Shown here: one piece after another, positions 18,606 through 24,000 of the stretch
Layout: each line of letters begins with the position of its first letter
How positions within the stretch are numbered: the first letter of the stretch is position 1
NCBI GenBank assembly: GCA_047973325.1
Contig: JBKEBU010000152.1
Coordinates: forward strand, 6,744 to 30,743
Length of the DNA: 24,000 nucleotides
Direction: 5' to 3'
Origin: Propioniciclava sp.
GTDB taxonomy: Bacteria > Actinomycetota > Actinomycetes > Propionibacteriales > Propionibacteriaceae
Notes under the pieces: model-generated
What the model saw: only the letters and a program-made list of their open reading frames with translations
What the model was told of the DNA's origin: nothing
The model's database searches: none
Translations under genes and position numbers: made by a program

Positions 18606-19821
18606 CCGGGAGTCAGGTCCGGCTCGGGCGCTGATCGCATCACGGATCTATGCGCCCGAGCCGGGTGCTGCGCCACTCCGGCTGGCGGCCCTGCACCGGG
18701 CCCTAGACCGCGTCGGCCTGGTAACCGACGTTCTCACCAGCACCCCTGGTCACCATGCCCCGGCCAGCACTGCCGGGCTCGACCCGTTCCCCGGCAGGAT
18801 GCGGCGGTGGCCGGTGATCCGCAATACCGACGGCTACCTGCGGGGATATCTGGGCTACCTGTCCTTCGACATCCCTCTTTTTTTCAGGCTTCTGGCCTCC
18901 CGCCGGCCCGCGGTATTGGTGGTCGAGCCACCCCCCACCACGGGGCTCGTGGGCTTGATAGGCGCGCGACTGCGCCGGGTTCCCTTCGTCTACTACGCCC
19001 CCGATATCTGGTCAGTAGCGTCACAAAGCGCCGGATCACCGGCCTGGGTCACCCAGGCACTGCGTGCTATGGAAACCATGGTGTGGCGGCAGGCAGATGC
19101 GATCCTCACGGTGTTTCCCGAGCTCGCCGCGAGGATCACCGAGGCCGCACCCACGGCACACGTCCACGTGGTGGGTCACGGGGCGGATCTGCAGACCTTT
19201 ACGCCCGAGGGCCCCACGCAGATCCTCGACCATCCCTACCTGGTCTACGCCGGCACCGCCTCCGAGGTGCACGGCGCTCGAATCTTCATGGAGGCACTCC
19301 CTCAGGTCCTCACCCAAGTCCCGCATGCCCGGGTGGTGGTCATCGGCCACGGTGAGGAACGGCCAGTCATGGAACGCCTTGCCCGCAAGCTTCCACCGGG
19401 CACCGTCACCTTCCTGCCCCGGCTCTCCCCCCAGGAGACCGCTGCCTGGATCCGAGGTTCCCGAGCTACGCTCGCCAGTGTCCGGCCGGGACCTTACGGC
19501 TTTGCGCTCGCCACCAAGGTCTATGCCTCGGTGGGCTGCGGCGTACCCGTGGTCTATGTTGGTGAGGGTGAGGGTGACGATCTGGTCAGCGGACATGATC
19601 TGGGCTGGGTTGCCCCCTACCAGACTGCGGCTACCGCCACCCAGATGGTCACCGCGTTGACCACCGAGATCAGTCAGCCGCGGCGAGAACAGCTCCGAGC
19701 CTGGGCCCAAACATCAGGCTCACTCGACGCTGCGGCCGACCGGGGCGCCGAGGTGATCACCCACCTGCTCGCACCCGGGGCAACCCCCGGTGTTCGCCCG
19801 TCCGAGGGCCGACACCAGTGA
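18583..19821 (+). CDS. GT-B glycosyltransferase, family 4-like (WcaI/WbuB-like)
   Basis: Track ORF 18301..19821 is over-extended through the CWB2 gene. A plausible start is GTG 18583 (VRIVPGHS...ALIASRIYAPEPGAAP), overlapping the upstream gene by 23 nt; ATG 18565 and 18571 are alternatives. The C-terminal half is typical of GT-B (YAGTASEVHGARIF, VVVIGHGEE, FALATKVYASVGCGVPVVYVGEG). Confidence 0.75.
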   Translation: MRIVPGHSRESGPARALIASRIYAPEPGAAPLRLAALHRALDRVGLVTDVLTSTPGHHAPASTAGLDPFPGRMRRWPVIRNTDGYLRGYLGYLSFDIPLFFRLLASRRPAVLVVEPPPTTGLVGLIGARLRRVPFVYYAPDIWSVASQSAGSPAWVTQALRAMETMVWRQADAILTVFPELAARITEAAPTAHVHVVGHGADLQTFTPEGPTQILDHPYLVYAGTASEVHGARIFMEALPQVLTQVPHARVVVIGHGEERPVMERLARKLPPGTVTFLPRLSPQETAAWIRGSRATLASVRPGPYGFALATKVYASVGCGVPVVYVGEGEGDDLVSGHDLGWVAPYQTAATATQMVTALTTEISQPRREQLRAWAQTSGSLDAAADRGAEVITHLLAPGATPGVRPSEGRHQ

Positions 19822-20936
19822 CCCACCCCGAGGCGCGCGTCCTCCACATCAATGACGCAGCCTTCACCACCACGGTGCTCATGGCCGAGGCTCGCCGTCG
19901 GGGTCTGCCCTGGCGCTACCTCCCGTTGGCGAGCCTTGAGGGGCACTGGAAGGGCCTCCATCGCGTCGTCCGTCGAGGTCTGCGGGGTGCCCGTTGGGAA
20001 GCTGGCCTGGCTCGGCTCGCCACCACCACCGATGTCCTCCACGTGCACGTCGCCAGCGTGGCCCGCCACACCGCGTGGGTACCTCGACGCTATGTGCTGC
20101 ATCTGCACGGCACCGACATCCGTTCCCACCAATACGATCCACGCTATCGATCCCAGGTTCGCCGTGCTCTTCAGGGTGCGGCCGCAGTGCTGTACTCAAC
20201 CCCAGACCTGGCTCCGCATATACCCGAGGGCATCGAGGCCACCCTGTTCCCGGTCCCGCTCGACACCGCAGCCCTACCCGCATGGACCCCACACCCGCAA
20301 CCCCGAGTGGTGTTTTCGTCCCGATGGGATGATGTCAAAGGCGCCACCGTCCAACTAGCTGTGGCCCGGCTGCTACACAGCGCCTTCGGCAAGCGGGTGG
20401 AGTTGGTGGGCGTGGATTGGGGCCCCCTCGCCGACGAAGCTCGCCGGGCTGGTGTTCTGCTCCTGCCTCGTTCGAGCCACGACGAGTACGTGCGGTTGCT
20501 GGCCTCGGCCCACGTGGTCGTGGGACAACCAACCGGGATGCTCGCGGCTAGCGAACTGGAAGCCCTGGGCATCGGGGTTCCCACGGTCACACCCATCCAC
20601 ACAGCCTGGTACCAGCAGGCGGGTGCCCCGCTGCCACCCGTGCTCGGCGGGACCGACCTGGATATATTCCGCCTCCCCCCGCAAGATCCGAACCAGGGGG
20701 ACCCTCCCTTGACCCAGGCTGAGGTCACCGCATTGGCCAAGGCCATCACTGCCACGGTGGCGTTGGCCCTGGACGACCCCGCTGCCGCTGTGCCACCCGC
20801 CACCGGAGCGAATCTGACTTCCCCGCAGACCTGGACCGTCCCCGAACATTGGGTTGCCCAACAGCACGGGGCCGCCGTATCGGTCGACAAGTTAGTACCG
20901 CTGTACCGTCGCCTTATTCACGGACGCGAGAACTAG
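19818..20936 (+). CDS. Divergent GT-B-fold glycosyltransferase-like protein
   Basis: 372 aa. GTGA start/stop overlap with the upstream GT. VLHINDAAF, LHLHGTDIR and the C-terminal-domain motif MLAASELEALGIGVPTV (E..EA...G.P). A Pro-rich segment of about 100 aa follows. Confidence 0.55.
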   Translation: MTHPEARVLHINDAAFTTTVLMAEARRRGLPWRYLPLASLEGHWKGLHRVVRRGLRGARWEAGLARLATTTDVLHVHVASVARHTAWVPRRYVLHLHGTDIRSHQYDPRYRSQVRRALQGAAAVLYSTPDLAPHIPEGIEATLFPVPLDTAALPAWTPHPQPRVVFSSRWDDVKGATVQLAVARLLHSAFGKRVELVGVDWGPLADEARRAGVLLLPRSSHDEYVRLLASAHVVVGQPTGMLAASELEALGIGVPTVTPIHTAWYQQAGAPLPPVLGGTDLDIFRLPPQDPNQGDPPLTQAEVTALAKAITATVALALDDPAAAVPPATGANLTSPQTWTVPEHWVAQQHGAAVSVDKLVPLYRRLIHGREN

Positions 20937-20938
20937 AT

Positions 20939-22039
20939 ATGCGTGTGCTCGTCGTCACTATCACCCACCCCCCTGTCGACGCTCGGATCTATCACCGGCA
21001 GATCGGGGCGCTCGTCGAGGCGGGCCACGACGTGACCTACGCCGCACCCTTCACCGCCTTCGGGCAGTCCCCACCCAACCTGCTGCGCACGGTGAATTTG
21101 CCCCGTTCGAGTGGGAACATCCTGCGTCGGATTCCAGCCATCCTGGCAGCTGCTCGCCTGATCCGGCACGAGCGCACCCGGCAGGATCTCATCTTGGTTC
21201 ACGATCCGGAGCTGTTGGCGGCGCTCGCGCTAGCTCAGCCGAACCCAAACCGAGGTCCGGTGCTGGTGTGGGATGTGCACGAGGATGTTCCTGCGCAGGC
21301 CGCCATGTTGCGCCTGCCCTCTGGGATACAACTCATGATCTCCCGGATACTCCGCGGCGTGGAACTGATAGCCGAACGCCGGGTTCGGCTATTGCTGGCT
21401 GAAGCTGGTTACCGGGACAACTTCCGCGAGGGGCATCCAGTGGTCCCCAACTCGGTCAGGGTCCCCCCGGGCGACCGCATGCCGGCTGAAACCACCCCGC
21501 GCGTGATCTATGTGGGCGCACTCACCTGGGCCCGCGGCGCTCGCGAGCTGATCACGGTCGCGGGCCAGATTCCCGAAGCAAAGTTCGAGATCATCGGCAA
21601 TGCACCACCCGACGTTGCTGCAGCCCTCACCGAGGCTGCCTCCGCCAGCAACATTGACTATCGCGGCTTCGTGCCGAACGACCAGGCCCTCACCCGGCTA
21701 CCAGGCGCCCTGGTCGGGCTAAGCCTGCTCCACGACCAGCCCAACTACGCCCACTCCCAGCCAACCAAGGTGATGGAGTACATGGCGCATGGATTGCCGA
21801 CGGTAACCACTCCCAACCCAGCCTCCGCGCAGCTCGTGCGCACAACCGATGCTGGGATCGTGGTCCCGTTCGGCGATGTCCCCGCGATGGTCGAGGCGAT
21901 CCGGCAGCTGATGGCCGATCTCCCGGAACGGGATCGGCTCGCCGCCAATGCCCACGCCGCCGCCCGGGAGCACGACTGGAATGTGGACGGACCGGCGTTC
22001 TCCGCGCTATTAGAGCAGTGGGTTCGCGGTCGTGACTGA
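20939..22039 (+). CDS. GT-B glycosyltransferase, family 4-like
   Basis: Track ORF trimmed to MRVLVVTITHPPVDARIYHRQ (ATG at 20939, 2 nt after the upstream stop). VHDPELL, IYVGALTWARGAREL, FEIIGNAP and SQPTKVMEYMAHGLPTVTT. Confidence 0.8.
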   Translation: MRVLVVTITHPPVDARIYHRQIGALVEAGHDVTYAAPFTAFGQSPPNLLRTVNLPRSSGNILRRIPAILAAARLIRHERTRQDLILVHDPELLAALALAQPNPNRGPVLVWDVHEDVPAQAAMLRLPSGIQLMISRILRGVELIAERRVRLLLAEAGYRDNFREGHPVVPNSVRVPPGDRMPAETTPRVIYVGALTWARGARELITVAGQIPEAKFEIIGNAPPDVAAALTEAASASNIDYRGFVPNDQALTRLPGALVGLSLLHDQPNYAHSQPTKVMEYMAHGLPTVTTPNPASAQLVRTTDAGIVVPFGDVPAMVEAIRQLMADLPERDRLAANAHAAAREHDWNVDGPAFSALLEQWVRGRD

Positions 22040-23510
22040 GCCGCCCGCCCGGGTGGCCCGGGACGCTGCCTGGAGCACGGTGGGCGTGCTGTTCTCCGGC
22101 GGCACTCAATTCTTGACGTCATTGCTGGTGGCCCGTCTCGGTGGACCGGCACTGCTGGGCATCCTCCGCGGTTCGTTGTCGTTGGCCAACCTCGCCACGC
22201 TGCTGTGGCCCTCCACCGCAGGCCCTGCAGCCAGTCTGTTCCTGGCCCGCGAGCGAGCTGCCGCCCGGGAGGAGGCAGCTCGGGGTGCCGCCCGGCACCT
22301 GGCACTCACCAGCATCGGGGTAGCGATTCTGCTGGCACCGGTCGCCGCCTGGTTATCGGTGGTGCTTTTCGGATTGTCCTGGGTGGACGCCGCCTGGGTC
22401 GCGGCCCTGACGGTTGCCCTCTCGGCCTACCACCTGGCCAGGGGACTCCGCTTCGGTGCCGGCCAGGTGCGTCGAGCCGCGACCTGGGAGATCATCTGTT
22501 CCGGCGTGGCCATCATGCTGCTGGTCGGGGTACTGATGGCGGGGTGGGCAGGGTGGATTCTGGCGCCATTGGTCGCCGGTAACCTGCTCTACTCCGCAGG
22601 TGCTTGGCTAGCCGTCTTCCGCGGACCAGCCAGCACGAGCGCCGAACAGCTGCGAGAGATCCACGCATTCGTGAGCTGGGGGGTGGCCGGGACCGTGGCC
22701 TCCGCCGGTCTGATGCAGCTGTCGATGATCCTGGCCAAAACCCAGAGCGATGATGTCGTCGCCGGGTTCTATGCGGCTGCGATCTCGCTGGCAACACCAC
22801 TGTCCATGGTGGCCCGGGCAGTCTCGATGGCCATCTTTCCGGAGATGGCCAGACAGCGGGGCCGCAACGAACCGGCCGCGACCCGGGCCACCACCGACCG
22901 CGCCACCCGCGGTCTGGTCGCCCTGATGACGCCCCTTTTTTGCGCACTCATTCTGGTGGCGGATCCCCTGGTGGCGCTGGTCTACGGTCCCGGCTTCGCG
23001 GGGGCGATTCTCCCACTCCGGGTGCTGTTGGTCGCCGTATGGCTGCTGGTGCTACCGGTACCCTCGGTCAACGCCATCAACGTGGCCGGACCAGCGGGAA
23101 TCCGGCTATCGGCGCTGCTGTCGTGGGCGGGGTTGCTGGTCGGGCTCACCTCGATGGCGGTGTGGTCGCTCACAGCGGGAATTGTCGGCATCGCGGCTGG
23201 ATATCTGGCGGGTGTCGCCACCACCTCGATCAGCAGCTTCGGCTATGTCTGGCACCGAGATCGGCAACCCTGGGGACGCATTGTTGGATGGGCCACCGCC
23301 CTGATGACCATCACCGTGGCCGCAGCCGCGTGGTTCCGCGATCCGCTGACCCAGCCGGGGCTGGCGCTAGCGGCGGGCGTGGGAATTCTGCTGCTCGCCG
23401 CGGCCGCCCTACGACTGCTCCTGCCTGACCTGAGCCGCAGCCTGCTGGCGCTGAGCAGCCCCCGCCGCCCAGCCGACGCCCCCACCACCGCCGAGCACCA
23501 GGACGACTGA
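22032..23510 (+). CDS. MOP-superfamily polysaccharide flippase (Wzx-like)
   Basis: 492 aa with about 14 hydrophobic helices. The N-terminus ARDAAWSTVGVLFSGGTQFLTSLLVARLLGP is typical of polysaccharide biosynthesis/export (Wzx) proteins. GTG start overlaps the upstream GT gene by 8 nt. Confidence 0.65.
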   Translation: MTEPPARVARDAAWSTVGVLFSGGTQFLTSLLVARLGGPALLGILRGSLSLANLATLLWPSTAGPAASLFLARERAAAREEAARGAARHLALTSIGVAILLAPVAAWLSVVLFGLSWVDAAWVAALTVALSAYHLARGLRFGAGQVRRAATWEIICSGVAIMLLVGVLMAGWAGWILAPLVAGNLLYSAGAWLAVFRGPASTSAEQLREIHAFVSWGVAGTVASAGLMQLSMILAKTQSDDVVAGFYAAAISLATPLSMVARAVSMAIFPEMARQRGRNEPAATRATTDRATRGLVALMTPLFCALILVADPLVALVYGPGFAGAILPLRVLLVAVWLLVLPVPSVNAINVAGPAGIRLSALLSWAGLLVGLTSMAVWSLTAGIVGIAAGYLAGVATTSISSFGYVWHRDRQPWGRIVGWATALMTITVAAAAWFRDPLTQPGLALAAGVGILLLAAAALRLLLPDLSRSLLALSSPRRPADAPTTAEHQDD

Positions 23511-23512
23511 CG

Positions 23513-24000
23513 ATGACGCAGGGTCCCATAATTGCCACTCAGGCGCCTCGGCTCGTCAGTCTCGACTGGGCCCGGGGCTGGTTGCTCGTCATCACCATTG
23601 CTGTGAATTCAGCCCTCGTGACCCCGCCCTGGCTCAAGCATGCTGTCTGGGATACGGTGATGCCCGTCGACCTTGTCTTCCCCGCATTCGTCACGCTCTC
23701 CGGGTGCAGCATCGCCTTTGCCCTGTCGCGTCGGGTGCAGGTGGGCTCCGCTGCCCGCCGGGTCATCGTGCTGTTCGCCCTGGGATTGCTCTACAACGCA
23801 ATGATGAGCCGATCCTTCGACTGGGCCACCCTGCGGATCACCGGTGTGCTGCAGTTGTATGCAGTCTTGGTCGCTGGCATGAGCCTCGCGCATCTGATCA
23901 CCCGGACGTGGCGCGGCTGGGCACTGATCACCGTTGGCGTCACCGTGACGCATAGCATCGTGCTGGCCTCCTCCGCCCAGCACTGCCCGACAGGCACGCT
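23513..24000 (+). CDS. Membrane acyltransferase-like protein (HGSNAT/DUF1624-type), N-terminal ~162 aa. Continues past the window end.
   Basis: My own translation from the ATG at 23513 gives MTQGPIIATQAPRLVSLDWARGWLLVITIAVNSALVTPPWLKHAVWDTVMPVDLVFPAFVTLSGCSIAFAL... The pattern R..SLD..RG......I.VN followed by D.VFP.F.F..G is what I associate with this family. The frame is open to the window edge, so it is not in the ORF track. Confidence 0.5.
   Translation, partial: MTQGPIIATQAPRLVSLDWARGWLLVITIAVNSALVTPPWLKHAVWDTVMPVDLVFPAFVTLSGCSIAFALSRRVQVGSAARRVIVLFALGLLYNAMMSRSFDWATLRITGVLQLYAVLVAGMSLAHLITRTWRGWALITVGVTVTHSIVLASSAQHCPTGT

Noticed and set aside
18878-18884. A T7 homopolymer inside the first GT gene, and a T6 at 22936..22941 in the flippase gene, considered as possible phase-variation tracts.
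   Set aside because: The tracts are short and simply encode Leu-Phe-Phe / Pro-Leu-Phe. Contingency loci usually need longer runs, and there is no evidence of frameshifted alleles here.

Overview
High-GC (roughly two-thirds G+C by eye) bacterial chromosome segment, most consistent with Actinomycetota. That assignment is an inference from codon bias, leaderless-type starts and an MsiK-less sugar ABC operon. All calls come from reading the supplied translations plus my own translation of two edge-truncated genes; no database search was run.

The window has three blocks.

(1) 1-9817: a tightly coupled minus-strand glycoside-utilisation operon, read divergently from a GntR/FadR-type regulator. It encodes a GH2 beta-galactosidase (EbgA-like), an EbgC-like subunit, a lipoprotein solute-binding protein, two permeases, a GH63/MGH1-like hydrolase and a divergent GcvPA-like PLP protein.

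(2) 9895-12407: housekeeping-looking genes. These are a DUF853/HerA-like P-loop ATPase, a small probably leaderless ParB/Srx-like protein, and a LytR_C-domain membrane protein.

(3) 12408-24000: a cell-envelope glycopolymer locus. It encodes a GT-C-like polytopic membrane protein, a TM-less GT2 coupled to DUF2304, three GT-B glycosyltransferases, a MOP/Wzx-type flippase and an HGSNAT-like acyltransferase. Two secreted proteins built from triple CWB2 cell-wall-binding repeats are embedded in it, one ending in an Excalibur Ca-binding domain.

The most interesting hypothesis is that block 3 encodes both a secondary cell-wall polymer and the CWB2 surface or S-layer-like proteins that dock on it. 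This would parallel the Clostridioides difficile PSII/Cwp system, and to my knowledge it is uncharacterised in actinobacteria.

I saw no rRNA, tRNA, CRISPR array, transposase, integrase or recognisable defence system. Many long ORFs in the track are antisense shadows or 5' over-extensions typical of high-GC DNA.
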